Notes: generated by a model not told the origin, from the letters alone. DNA of 48,937 bases from Clostridia bacterium (GCA_017393775.1 JAFOQN010000164.1:1-48937), one strand, 5' to 3'; positions 1 to 9,059 are shown, counted from the first letter of the stretch. Translations and numbers: made by a program.

Positions 1-1
1 G

Positions 2-628
2 GAAGCGGAAGGTAAGCATAAAAAGCAGTCCGGCGGCAGCGGTCAGTTCGGTGTCGTTCAGATGCGGTTCGAGCCGGCGCCCGAAGGCGTTGATTTCGAG
101 TTTGTTAACGCGATCGTCGGCGGCGTAGTTCCGAAGGAATACATCCCGGCAGTCGAAAAGGGTCTGCGTGAAGCCATGCTGCACGGCGTGCTCGCGGGAT
201 ATCCGATGGTCGGCATCAAGGCGACGCTGTACGATGGCAAGTATCATCCCGTCGATTCCAAGGAAGTTGCGTTCAAGAGCGCAGCAAGACTGTCCTATAA
301 GGCTGCTTGCGTCAAGGCGAGCCCTGCGCTCACCGAGCCGATCTACACCTACTACATCTGGGTTCCGAACGACAACGTCGGTGACATCATGGGCGACCTC
401 AGCCGTCGCCGCGGCAGAATGCTCGGCATGACGCCTTCTAACGGCGGTACCGAGATCGTCGCGGAAGCTCCGCTTTCCGAGATGTTCAAGTATGCGACCG
501 ACCTGCGCTCCATGACACAGGCGCGCGGTTCCTTCCGCAGCGAGTTCACCCGCTATGAGGATGTTCCCGCCGATCAGGCGAAGAAGATCATCGAGCAGGC
601 AAAGCGCGAGGACGAGGAAGAAGAATAA
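2..628 (+). CDS. Elongation factor G family GTPase, C-terminal part (domains IV-V); 5' end lies outside the window
   Basis: The frame is open from base 2 (EAEGKHKKQSGGSGQFG precedes the first Met of ORF 62..628). It has the domain IV loop HKKQSGG and the DGKYHPVDS and LRSMTQARG motifs. It is followed by a terminator rather than tuf, and conserved motifs are divergent, so it is probably an EF-G paralogue. Confidence 0.85.
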   Translation, partial: EAEGKHKKQSGGSGQFGVVQMRFEPAPEGVDFEFVNAIVGGVVPKEYIPAVEKGLREAMLHGVLAGYPMVGIKATLYDGKYHPVDSKEVAFKSAARLSYKAACVKASPALTEPIYTYYIWVPNDNVGDIMGDLSRRRGRMLGMTPSNGGTEIVAEAPLSEMFKYATDLRSMTQARGSFRSEFTRYEDVPADQAKKIIEQAKREDEEEE

Positions 629-641
629 TTCCGAAAGGATA

Positions 642-670
642 CGGGAGCGCATTTTGCGCTCCCGACTTTT
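642..670 (+). terminator. Rho-independent terminator after the EF-G gene
   Basis: Stem CGGGAGCGC / GCGCTCCCG with loop ATTTT, followed by a T-run. Confidence 0.7.
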
Positions 671-673
671 TAT

Positions 674-1195
674 ATGGAGAAGCAATTCAATTGCAGCAGA
701 GATTCTTTGAAAAAAGCACGCGCCACATTCTGCTTTTATGTTGCTGCCATTCCGGTAATAGCGGTTTTGTTTCTGATTCCCTTCGCTTTGGGTGTGCAGA
801 ACAGAATTGAATGGCAGGTAATCATTTACATCTTGTTAGCTGTATTCTTCGTCTATCAAGGATATCGAGCATACTGCGTGCTCCGTGCTGCACACCATTC
901 GTACTGTCGAATAAATGGTGAAAGCGTGTCCGGAATCAGTACAAAAGACCCGTATCAAAAGGGAATTCCGTTCCAGATCTGCGCAAACGAGATTACAAGG
1001 ATCGAAGAAACAATCATAGCAACAGAGAGAAAAGAGAATGTCGGCTATGCTCCGCACACACTGCACCGTCCGCCGTTTGAATCGCCGAGACTGCGCGGAT
1101 ATCAATCAACAATATTAATGACAGAGAACGCTTCTTATACGCTGTTCGGAATAACAATGACCGACGAGGTCAAGGAAGCATTTAGACAAGAATGA
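674..1195 (+). CDS. Hypothetical membrane protein (two N-terminal TM helices plus a soluble C-terminal domain)
   Basis: 173-aa ORF with hydrophobic segments FCFYVAAIPVIAVLFLIPFAL and VIIYILLAVFFVY. I recognise no family motif. Confidence 0.5.
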   Translation: MEKQFNCSRDSLKKARATFCFYVAAIPVIAVLFLIPFALGVQNRIEWQVIIYILLAVFFVYQGYRAYCVLRAAHHSYCRINGESVSGISTKDPYQKGIPFQICANEITRIEETIIATERKENVGYAPHTLHRPPFESPRLRGYQSTILMTENASYTLFGITMTDEVKEAFRQE

Positions 1196-1198
1196 TTA

Positions 1199-1222
1199 TA
1201 ACCGGCGAGATTCGCCGGTTAT
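1199..1222. terminator. Bidirectional hairpin between the convergent genes 674..1195 and uvrC
   Basis: ACCGGCG-agatt-CGCCGGT flanked by A/T runs. It overlaps the uvrC stop codon. Confidence 0.55.
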
Positions 1223-3039
1223 TCGTTTTCGTTGTGAAAATATCGGAATACCGTTTCCGCAGACACAGACGTCATTCCTTTGACTGCGGCAAGCTCCTCG
1301 ACGCTTGCTATTTTGATCGCTTCTACAGTCAGGAACGCGTCAAACAACGCGCGCTTGCGCTTTTCTCCGACGCCGGGGACGGAATCGAGCACGGAGTATA
1401 AAGCGCTTTTGCTGCGCAGATTCCGATGGTATGAAATCGCAAACCGGTGCGCTTCGTCGCGTAGTCGTTCAATGAGATGCAGAGGCGCGCTGTTCTTCGG
1501 GATCAGGATCGGATCGTCCTGTTCGGGCAGATAGATGATCTCATCGGATTCGGCAAGGGCACAGATCGGGATGTGCGAAAGATTCAGCTCGGAAAGTACG
1601 GAAACGCCGACTGCAAGCTGCGTTTTGCCACCGTCAAGCACGATCAGATCCGGCAGTTCACTGCCGCCGGAAAGTCTGCGCGTGAGCACCTCCTGCATGG
1701 CGATAAGATCGTCACCGCCGGCGTCGGAACGGATGCGAAAGTGTCGGTATGCGGATTTATCCGGTTTACCGTCCCGGAACACGACCATGGAAGCAACGGT
1801 ATTGGTCCCCATCAGATGCGAGTTATCGAAACACTCGATGCGGGAGGGGATCTCATCCAAACCGAGTATACCGGACAGCGCAGCAAGCGCGCCTTCGCCG
1901 CGTTCCCATTCACGGGTCCGGATACGATCGTTTTTTGCAAGAAGTGCAGAGGCATTTTGCTTTGCCATATCTGTCAGCTGATGCTTTGCGCCCCGCTGCG
2001 GGACGCTGACAGAAACCTTTCGGTGTTTCCGCTCACACAGCCATTCTTCAATCGCAGGCATATCTGTGCATTCCTCAGCAAGTAGTACCAGCGGAGGGAT
2101 CTCGATGCCGTCCTGCCCGTAATACTGAACAAGAAATGCATGCAGCCATTCAGCCGGAGCATCATCGCCGTCACCCTCCAGCGGGAACGCGTGCGTACCG
2201 ATCACTTTTCCGCCGCGCACAAAAAGGGCAAAGACCATACGCGCATCGTTCAGCGAATCGACTGCAAAGACATCCGCGGAAAGATCGTTGGCACTGATTG
2301 CAGCTTGCTTTTCGCGCAGAGCCAGGGTCGCTTTCAGCTTATCGCGAAGCATAGCTGCCCGCTCAAAGTCAAGCGCATCGGAAGCCTCCTGCATTTTTTG
2401 TGTCAGATAAGGAATCAGATCGCCGCTTTTTCCATTCAATAGACGAATTGCATCGTTGAGATATGCATGGTATTCATTACGCGTGATTTTTCCGCTGCAG
2501 GGCGCACAGCATTTGCCAACATGGTGCAGAAGACAGGGGCGTTCACCGCGGGCCTGCATATGCGCAATGTTCTTTTTGCAGTGTCGAAGCGGGAATAAAT
2601 CATACACAAGCCGGAGCTCCTCCTGCACGGAGGGACCGACAATGTACGGACCGAGATAGGTTGCGCCGTCGGATTTGACCCGCCGCACAATCTCGATCCG
2701 AGGGAAATCCTGACGCATATCGATTCGAAAGTACGGAAAATGTTTATCATCCTTCAAAAGGATGTTATACTTCGGCATGAACTCTTTGATGAGATTGCTC
2801 TCGAGCGACAGGGCTTCGACCTCGCTGTGGACCTCGATCGTTTCAAAATCCGCGATATGGGAAACCATTGCACGAACCTTCGGTGAATAATTTTTTGAAG
2901 ACTGGAAATACTGCCGGACACGGTTTTTCAAGATCTTCGCTTTCCCGACGTAGATCACCGTGCCGGTATCGTCCAGCATTTTGTATACACCCGGCTTCTC
3001 GGGAAGCAGGGCTATCTTGTCTTCCAGAATTGTGTTCAT
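1219..3039 (-). CDS. uvrC: Excinuclease ABC subunit C
   Basis: 606 aa. N-terminal GIY-YIG (GVYKMLD...VIYVGKA), a UVR domain, and a C-terminal (HhH)2 region. Confidence 0.95.
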   Translation of the reverse strand: MNTILEDKIALLPEKPGVYKMLDDTGTVIYVGKAKILKNRVRQYFQSSKNYSPKVRAMVSHIADFETIEVHSEVEALSLESNLIKEFMPKYNILLKDDKHFPYFRIDMRQDFPRIEIVRRVKSDGATYLGPYIVGPSVQEELRLVYDLFPLRHCKKNIAHMQARGERPCLLHHVGKCCAPCSGKITRNEYHAYLNDAIRLLNGKSGDLIPYLTQKMQEASDALDFERAAMLRDKLKATLALREKQAAISANDLSADVFAVDSLNDARMVFALFVRGGKVIGTHAFPLEGDGDDAPAEWLHAFLVQYYGQDGIEIPPLVLLAEECTDMPAIEEWLCERKHRKVSVSVPQRGAKHQLTDMAKQNASALLAKNDRIRTREWERGEGALAALSGILGLDEIPSRIECFDNSHLMGTNTVASMVVFRDGKPDKSAYRHFRIRSDAGGDDLIAMQEVLTRRLSGGSELPDLIVLDGGKTQLAVGVSVLSELNLSHIPICALAESDEIIYLPEQDDPILIPKNSAPLHLIERLRDEAHRFAISYHRNLRSKSALYSVLDSVPGVGEKRKRALFDAFLTVEAIKIASVEELAAVKGMTSVSAETVFRYFHNENE

Positions 3040-3623
3040 GTGCGGTTTTCCCGGATCGCCCGTGCTTTCAGCAGCATCTCATACAACACCGGAGCAGGCA
3101 GTCCGATGACGTTAAAATAGTTCCCTTCGATCGATTCCACAAAAACAGAACCCAATCCCTGCGCACCGTAAGAACCGGCTTTGTCCAAAGGATCGCCGGT
3201 CGAAACATACCATCGGATCTCCGTATCGCTCATCGGACGGAAGCGTACCTTCGTCGTCACATAGCGAACGTCGGAATACCCTTCTTTCAGCACGGCAAGA
3301 CCGGTATAAACAATATGCGAACGTCCCTGCATGCGCTTCAGCGTGTGAACGGCGTCGTCGGGGGATTTCGGTTTTCCGATGATCTCTCCGTCCAGATCGA
3401 CGATCGTGTCGGCGCCGATCACGCAAGCGTCCGGATGGAGCCGCAGCGCATAGGCTGCTTTTTGCGATGCAAGGTGCATTACGGTTTCCGAGATGGAAAG
3501 GCCGTCAGGGATCTGCTCCGGTTCGGTGCAGACTTCTGTTTGATAGGTTAGCCCCATGAATTCCATGATCTCATGACGCCGGGGCGATTGCGATGCAAGG
3601 ATCAGTTCCATGTTCCCTCCCAT
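3036..3623 (-). CDS. maf: Maf-like nucleoside triphosphate pyrophosphatase (septum formation protein)
   Basis: 195 aa with ILASQSPRR, GADT and KAGSYG.QG motifs. 4-nt overlap with uvrC. Confidence 0.9.
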   Translation of the reverse strand: MGGNMELILASQSPRRHEIMEFMGLTYQTEVCTEPEQIPDGLSISETVMHLASQKAAYALRLHPDACVIGADTIVDLDGEIIGKPKSPDDAVHTLKRMQGRSHIVYTGLAVLKEGYSDVRYVTTKVRFRPMSDTEIRWYVSTGDPLDKAGSYGAQGLGSVFVESIEGNYFNVIGLPAPVLYEMLLKARAIRENRT

Positions 3624-4366
3624 ATAAGACCGACGGGGCAGTGGTCGCTGCCGTAAACATTGCTGTAGATGATTGCGTCACGGATTCTGTCACAATCTTC
3701 TTTCCGCACGAGAAAATAATCGATGCGCCATCCCGCGTTATGCTCACGCGCCCGGAACCGGTAGCTCCACCAGGAATATGCGTCTTTCCGATCGGGATAT
3801 TTAAATCGGAATGTGTCCGTAAATCCGGCGTCCAAAAGTGTGCCGAACATGGCGCGCTCCTCGTCGGAAAAACCGGCATTTCCGCGGTTCGGACCGGGAT
3901 TCTTGAGATCGATCTCCCGATGTGCAACATTCAGATCGCCGCAATAGATGACGGGATCGTTCTTTGCTAGTGCCGAAAGATATGCGCAGATCGCAGTTTC
4001 AAAATCGGTACGGAAATCAAGACGTTTTAATCCTTCCTGTGCATTCGGCGCGTATACAGTTACAAACGTAAATCCGGGATAGAACAAAGTAATGACTCTG
4101 CCCTCCGCGTCAAAGCGAGCGTCGCCGATCCCGAACCGAACATCCTTTGGTTCTTCCTTTGTAAACACTGCAGTACCGGAATACCCCTTTTTCTGCGCGC
4201 TGAACACATACGCATGGTACCCTTCCGGCGTATAGGTAAGCTGGTCCGGCTGCAGCTTTGTTTCCTGCAGCGCAATGATATCCGGCGATTCCGCTTGCAG
4301 GAAATCGTCGAATCCCTTTTCAAGACAGGCACGAAGCCCGTTCACATTCCAACTGATCAATTTCAT
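3602..4366 (-). CDS. xth: Exodeoxyribonuclease III (AP endonuclease)
   Basis: 254 aa. MKLISWNVNGLRA start, a GDLNVAH motif, and SDHCPV near the C-terminus. Confidence 0.93.
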   Translation of the reverse strand: MKLISWNVNGLRACLEKGFDDFLQAESPDIIALQETKLQPDQLTYTPEGYHAYVFSAQKKGYSGTAVFTKEEPKDVRFGIGDARFDAEGRVITLFYPGFTFVTVYAPNAQEGLKRLDFRTDFETAICAYLSALAKNDPVIYCGDLNVAHREIDLKNPGPNRGNAGFSDEERAMFGTLLDAGFTDTFRFKYPDRKDAYSWWSYRFRAREHNAGWRIDYFLVRKEDCDRIRDAIIYSNVYGSDHCPVGLIWEGTWN

Positions 4367-4372
4367 GCACCC

Positions 4373-4401
4373 ATTATATATTTAAAAATGTGTGTTGACA
4401 A
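4373..4401 (-). promoter_or_regulatory. Sigma-A promoter of xth; the -10 ends 7 nt before the ATG, so the mRNA is probably leaderless
   Basis: Minus strand reads TTGTCA-17 nt-TATAAT, then GGGTGC, then ATG. There is no SD sequence. Confidence 0.5.
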
Positions 4402-4423
4402 GTAGAAAGATCAATGTTAGCAT
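4395..4423 (+). promoter_or_regulatory. Sigma-A promoter of the Crp/Fnr-ABC operon; its -35 overlaps the xth -35 on the other strand
   Basis: TTGACA-17 nt-TAGCAT. Confidence 0.45.
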
Positions 4424-4455
4424 ATCTGTAACATATGAAACGGAAATGACAGTAA

Positions 4456-5121
4456 ATGAGTACGATTGCAGATGCAGAACGCTATGCGCACCAACTGAAC
4501 GGTACGGTACTGTTCCGGGACGTCCCGGAAGACCGTATTCGGAAATGGCTGTATCAATCAAACGTTTCGATTGCAGAATATGACGGGGGTGAATATCTTT
4601 ATCAAAAAACAGATACCACAAACAGGATCGGAATCATGCTGCGCGGAAGCGCGGAGGTGAATCGCAAAAGCCGAGACGGATTGATGCATATGAGCGTATT
4701 GAAACGGAACGATCTGTTTGGCGCTGCCTCGATCTGTGGAGAAGATGCTTCATTTGTGACGGATATCCGAGCCAGAGAACGCACGCGTGTATTGATCATC
4801 CCGGAAGAGGAGATGCTGAATCTGCTTTCGGACAATCGTACTGTGCTGAAAAACTACCTCTCTTATCTGAACGGCAGGATCCGGTTTTTGAACAGACGTC
4901 TTGATGCTTTTTCGAAGAACACGGTTGCCGGGCGCATCATGACACTGTTTACTGCAGAGTCAACCGGAGGCGTTTATACTGCAAACAGTTATACAAAACT
5001 TTCCGAATCCTTGTGTATCAGCCGCGCAACGCTGTACCGTGCGCTGGATACACTGGAGAAAGAACACAAGATCCGCAGAAACGGAAAAGTAATAGAATTG
5101 TTGGAGGAATATGAACCATGA
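4456..5121 (+). CDS. Crp/Fnr family transcriptional regulator
   Basis: 221 aa. N-terminal cNMP-binding-like beta-roll (LFRDVPED...GEYLY...LRGSAEV) and a C-terminal HTH (ESLCISRATLYRALDTLEKE). Confidence 0.85.
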   Translation: MSTIADAERYAHQLNGTVLFRDVPEDRIRKWLYQSNVSIAEYDGGEYLYQKTDTTNRIGIMLRGSAEVNRKSRDGLMHMSVLKRNDLFGAASICGEDASFVTDIRARERTRVLIIPEEEMLNLLSDNRTVLKNYLSYLNGRIRFLNRRLDAFSKNTVAGRIMTLFTAESTGGVYTANSYTKLSESLCISRATLYRALDTLEKEHKIRRNGKVIELLEEYEP

Positions 5122-6083
5122 AAAAGATGATAGTGATTTGTCTCTCACTTTTGATGCTGGTATCTGTTGTTGCATGCGCGAAGACGGAACAGAATGCAGA
5201 ACAGACGCCGGCTGTGCCCGTGCGCGTCGCAGCCCTTGCAGGGCCGACCGGAATAGGCCTTGCCTATATGATGCAGGATATGCAGGATCGCTACAGCGTA
5301 GAGCTTTTCACAGCACCGGATCAGGTTACTGCAAAGATCGTAAACGGTGAAGTGGATATCGCTGCGGTTCCGATCAATCTGGCTTCTGTGCTCTATAAAA
5401 AGACCGAGGGCAAGATCAATGTGATTGCGATTAACACACTCGGCGTGCTGTATGTGCTGGAAAACGGCAACACGGTCAACAGCGTTTCCGATCTTGCAGG
5501 CAAGACAATCTGGTCAACCGGTGAAGGCAGCACCCCGGAGTATATCCTGAATTACCTGCTTGAAGCAAACGGCTTGACGGATTCCGTCAAAGTCGAGTAT
5601 ATTTCGGACAATGCCGAATTGATTGCAAAACTCGGAGACGGTACTGCCGAGGTCGCGCTGCTGCCGGAACCGCATGTTTCGATTGCATCGGCACAGAACG
5701 AGAATGTCCGCGTAGCATTGAGGGTCAACGATCTGTGGAACGAGAAGAATGATACGCAGCTTGTGCAGGGCGTTTATATTGTACGCACCGATTATCTGGC
5801 AGCGCATAAGGACCGGGTCGACGCGTTTTTGAAAGACGCGGAAGCATCCGCGAAAAAAGTCGTCACCGAAGAGAATGCGCCTGCTGTCGTTGTGGCTCAA
5901 GGTATTATTGGCAAGGAACCGATCGCAAAGCGTGCCATTCCCAACTGCAATATCACGCTGGTCACCGGCGCGCAGATGAAGGCAAGTGTATCCGCTATGC
6001 TGAAGGTGTTGTTTGACGCAAATCCGAAATCGATCGGAGGCGCTATGCCGGGCGACGATTTCTATTATGCGGATCCTTCGTAA
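5118..6083 (+). CDS. ABC transporter substrate-binding lipoprotein (NMT1/THI5-SsuA-like)
   Basis: 321 aa. Signal peptide with lipobox (LVSVVAC). 4-nt overlap with the regulator gene. Followed by a permease and an ATPase. Confidence 0.8.
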   Translation: MKKMIVICLSLLMLVSVVACAKTEQNAEQTPAVPVRVAALAGPTGIGLAYMMQDMQDRYSVELFTAPDQVTAKIVNGEVDIAAVPINLASVLYKKTEGKINVIAINTLGVLYVLENGNTVNSVSDLAGKTIWSTGEGSTPEYILNYLLEANGLTDSVKVEYISDNAELIAKLGDGTAEVALLPEPHVSIASAQNENVRVALRVNDLWNEKNDTQLVQGVYIVRTDYLAAHKDRVDAFLKDAEASAKKVVTEENAPAVVVAQGIIGKEPIAKRAIPNCNITLVTGAQMKASVSAMLKVLFDANPKSIGGAMPGDDFYYADPS

Positions 6084-6816
6084 AATTGTAAGCATCTGCG
6101 TTCCAATCGCGGTATATATTACGCTGTGGCAGCTGCTGTCGATGCTTGTCGGCAGCAGGCTGCTTCTTTTGCCTTCACCCCTCGATACGCTGCTGTCGAT
6201 GAAGGAGATCGTTTGTTCGGCGTCCGGATGGCGATCAATCGGAATGACGATTTTGAGAATCCTCAGCGGTTATCTTTTCGGCTGTGCGATCGGTGTTTCG
6301 TTTGCTGTACTGACAGCGCATTTCCGCGTATTTGACTGGCTCCTGAAGCCGCTGCGTTCGCTGATCAAAACAACGCCGATCACTTCCTTTGCGCTGATAT
6401 TGCTCGTTTCGGTTGCGTCGGGGATGGTTCCGGTTATCGTCGCAATGATCGTTGTTGTGCCGATGATCTGGCAGACAACGGAGGAAGCGATCAAAAATCG
6501 CAGCATACAGCTTTCGGAGATGGCGCAGATTTATCTGACACCTTGGAAAAAACTTTGCTATGTTTCATTGCCGCAGATCCTTCCGACGTTTTTCGCGAGC
6601 GCATCGACAGCGCTTGGTTTCGCTTGGAAAGCTGTTATCACAGCGGAGATCCTTGCTTTGCCGAAGTTCGGAATCGGCAGACAAATGCAGTTCCATAAGA
6701 TCCACGTCGAAATCCCGGAACTGTTTGCATGGACGCTGCTTGTCATCCTGTTATCCGTTCTGCTCGAAAATGTGATCCGGATACTTCTGAAAAAGGCGGG
6801 GCAGAGATATGATTGA
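6067..6816 (+). CDS. ABC transporter permease (nitrate/sulfonate/taurine type)
   Basis: Polytopic ORF. I chose the ATG at 6067 (MRILRKIV...) rather than the ORF-track start at 6013, which lies deep inside the SBP gene. Confidence 0.8.
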   Translation: MRILRKIVSICVPIAVYITLWQLLSMLVGSRLLLLPSPLDTLLSMKEIVCSASGWRSIGMTILRILSGYLFGCAIGVSFAVLTAHFRVFDWLLKPLRSLIKTTPITSFALILLVSVASGMVPVIVAMIVVVPMIWQTTEEAIKNRSIQLSEMAQIYLTPWKKLCYVSLPQILPTFFASASTALGFAWKAVITAEILALPKFGIGRQMQFHKIHVEIPELFAWTLLVILLSVLLENVIRILLKKAGQRYD

Positions 6817-7360
6817 AATCAGGCATTTATCGGTTACGCTCGGTGATAAAACGGTTTTTTCAGACTATTCGGTTTCACTTCCGGATGCCGGTGTTGTGCT
6901 CGTTACCGGAGAATCCGGAATCGGCAAAACAACGCTTCTGCGTATTTTGTGCGGGCTTATAAAACCGGAAAGCGGTACAATCGAAGGATTGGACCGGCGA
7001 AAGATTTCCGTTGTATTTCAGGAACCAAGGCTTTTGGAACGACTGACTGCGCTTGAAAATGTTGCTTTGGTTACGGATCGCGCATCTGCGGAACACATTT
7101 TGAAGTCCCTTAATATGGAAAACGAGCTGCACATCAAAGCCGGGTCCCTTTCCGGCGGACAGAAGCAGCGCGTTTCCCTTGCACGCGCATTCGCATTTTC
7201 AAAAGATATCGTTTTGTTAGACGAACCTTTTACGGGATTGGATGAGCAGAATAAACGAAATGCGGCGCAGCTCATTCGCTCAGCTCGGCTTGCTGTTGTC
7301 ATCTCTCACGACCCCAACGACGCAGATCTGCTTTCTATCGACGAAAAAATAAACCTTTGA
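6809..7360 (+). CDS. ABC transporter ATP-binding protein, minimal 183-aa form
   Basis: Walker A GESGIGKTT, signature LSGGQKQR, Walker B IVLLDEP, H-loop ISHD. There is no C-terminal extension. Confidence 0.85.
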   Translation: MIEIRHLSVTLGDKTVFSDYSVSLPDAGVVLVTGESGIGKTTLLRILCGLIKPESGTIEGLDRRKISVVFQEPRLLERLTALENVALVTDRASAEHILKSLNMENELHIKAGSLSGGQKQRVSLARAFAFSKDIVLLDEPFTGLDEQNKRNAAQLIRSARLAVVISHDPNDADLLSIDEKINL

Positions 7361-7361
7361 C

Positions 7362-7390
7362 TTGCACTTTTTCCGCATATGTGGTATGAT
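7362..7390 (+). promoter_or_regulatory. Sigma-A promoter of the hydrolase gene
   Basis: TTGCAC-17 nt-TATGAT with a TG extended -10. This excludes the ORF-track start at 7379. Confidence 0.5.
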
Positions 7391-7420
7391 ACCATATCAG
7401 TATTATGCGAGGGAATGCAT

Positions 7421-8359
7421 ATGGGTATCGTTGTTCGTGATAAGAAGTTCCCATCTGCGACCGGAATATGTGATATTCGCTACCGTATTTGGACGCCGGA
7501 TGAGCCGCGCGCTTGCGTGCAGATCATTCACGATATGGCGGAACACATCGAACGGTATCATCAATTTGCTATGTTTCTGGCCGAAAACGGCTTTCTGGTA
7601 TTCGGTATGGACCTTCCGGGTCATGGCAAATCGATTGGAAAAGATCAACCGAAAGGATACTTCGGCGATCAAAACGGTTGGGATAATCTTATCAAAGACA
7701 ATAAAACCATGCATGACGCTGTGATGAAGGATCATCCTTCGATGGCGTGTATTTTGTTCGGCCATTCGATGGGCAGCTTTCTTGCAAGAGCGTATGCCGG
7801 GCGGATGGGCGTGGATTTTGACGCGTTCATTTTCTCCGGCACTGCAGGCAGCAGCCCAATGGTCCCGGTTCAAAAAATGATTGCAAAAAGCGCAATCAAA
7901 AAGGGTAAGGGCAAGCTGCCGAACGAGAAGCTGAACAAGCTTGTTTTCGGTGCTTACAATAAAAAGTTCAGGGACCCGAGAACCGAGTTTGACTGGCTTT
8001 CGCGTGACACTGCATCGGTCGACCGTTATCTGGAGGACCCGCTTTGCGGCTTCATTTTTACCTCCTGCGGCTTCTATGATCTGTTTACGGGATTAAGTGA
8101 AGTATCTAACCTGAATTGGGCAAAGCGTGTTCCGAACCGTCCGATCTTTCTGCTTTCCGGATCCAACGATCCTGTCGGCAATATGGGAAAAGGCGTTAAA
8201 CAAGTCAATCAATGGCTGCTGAAGAGCAATCATACGATCACGATGAAGCTGTATCCGGAAGGAAGACACGAAATGCTGAATGAAACGAACCGCAAGGAGG
8301 TTTACGGCGACGTTCTGCTGTTCATCGAGATGATCTGTGCCGCCGGAGAACAAGAATGA
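7421..8359 (+). CDS. Alpha/beta hydrolase (lysophospholipase / monoacylglycerol lipase-like)
   Basis: Nucleophile elbow GHSMGS and an HG-type oxyanion region (HDMAEH). RBS GAGGGAA lies before the ATG at 7421. Confidence 0.8.
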   Translation: MGIVVRDKKFPSATGICDIRYRIWTPDEPRACVQIIHDMAEHIERYHQFAMFLAENGFLVFGMDLPGHGKSIGKDQPKGYFGDQNGWDNLIKDNKTMHDAVMKDHPSMACILFGHSMGSFLARAYAGRMGVDFDAFIFSGTAGSSPMVPVQKMIAKSAIKKGKGKLPNEKLNKLVFGAYNKKFRDPRTEFDWLSRDTASVDRYLEDPLCGFIFTSCGFYDLFTGLSEVSNLNWAKRVPNRPIFLLSGSNDPVGNMGKGVKQVNQWLLKSNHTITMKLYPEGRHEMLNETNRKEVYGDVLLFIEMICAAGEQE

Positions 8360-9021
8360 GCGTTCTGATTTACCGCGACAACAAAACCGTCGGCGCATGT
8401 GCGGCAACAATCATTGCCGCACAGATACTGAGCGAATCGATCTGTACGGTCGGTGTGGATTATCATGAAACACTATTGCCGGTATTTGATTCTTTGTCCG
8501 CTATGACCGAGAACGGGCTTCTTGCCTGGAACGATACAAAGATTTATCAGCTGTTTGAGTTTTTACCGGATGAAAGCGGAGAACAGCGGATCGCAAACCT
8601 TCTCGGGAAGGCATTGTTTTCAAAAACCGACATCAGTGAAAAGCAGTACGTCGTACCGTTTTCCGCTGACCGAGCGCCCGAGCAAACCGCGCAAGCGTTT
8701 GAGGAATCGATTCTGAACGACGGAGGACTGGATATCGCTTTGGTCGCAGTACGTCATGACGGATCCTTGCTGATGGACCAGAGCGCAGACTGTGATCCTG
8801 CGTCACATGTGGAAACGATCGACGGCGATTCCTTCCTGACGGCGGGACTCAATGTTCTGATGCATTGCAAGCATCCGATTATTGTTGCAGCCGGTAAAAA
8901 TGCAGCCGGCGCTGTCAAGGCAATGCTGAAGGGCAGTATCACGGAAACACCGCTCGCCGCATTGCGTCTCCATCCGGGAGCGACGTTTATTTTGGATGAA
9001 GAAGCGGCAGAATTGCTGTGA
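8356..9021 (+). CDS. NagB/6-phosphogluconolactonase-fold protein, divergent (catalytic motifs not recognisable)
   Basis: 221 aa. The C-terminal half (IIVAAGKNAAGAVKAMLKGSITETPLAALRLHPGATFILDEEAAELL) matches the family pattern. ATGA overlap with the hydrolase gene. Confidence 0.6.
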   Translation: MSVLIYRDNKTVGACAATIIAAQILSESICTVGVDYHETLLPVFDSLSAMTENGLLAWNDTKIYQLFEFLPDESGEQRIANLLGKALFSKTDISEKQYVVPFSADRAPEQTAQAFEESILNDGGLDIALVAVRHDGSLLMDQSADCDPASHVETIDGDSFLTAGLNVLMHCKHPIIVAAGKNAAGAVKAMLKGSITETPLAALRLHPGATFILDEEAAELL

Positions 9022-9059
9022 ATTTATGAAACGATTGATTTGAATTAGGAGGAAAACAT

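Noticed and set aside
5080-5130. A TPP or other riboswitch in front of the NMT1/ThiY-like SBP gene.
   Set aside because: The regulator gene overlaps the SBP start codon, so there is no leader. The 89-nt region upstream of the regulator is filled by two divergent promoters.
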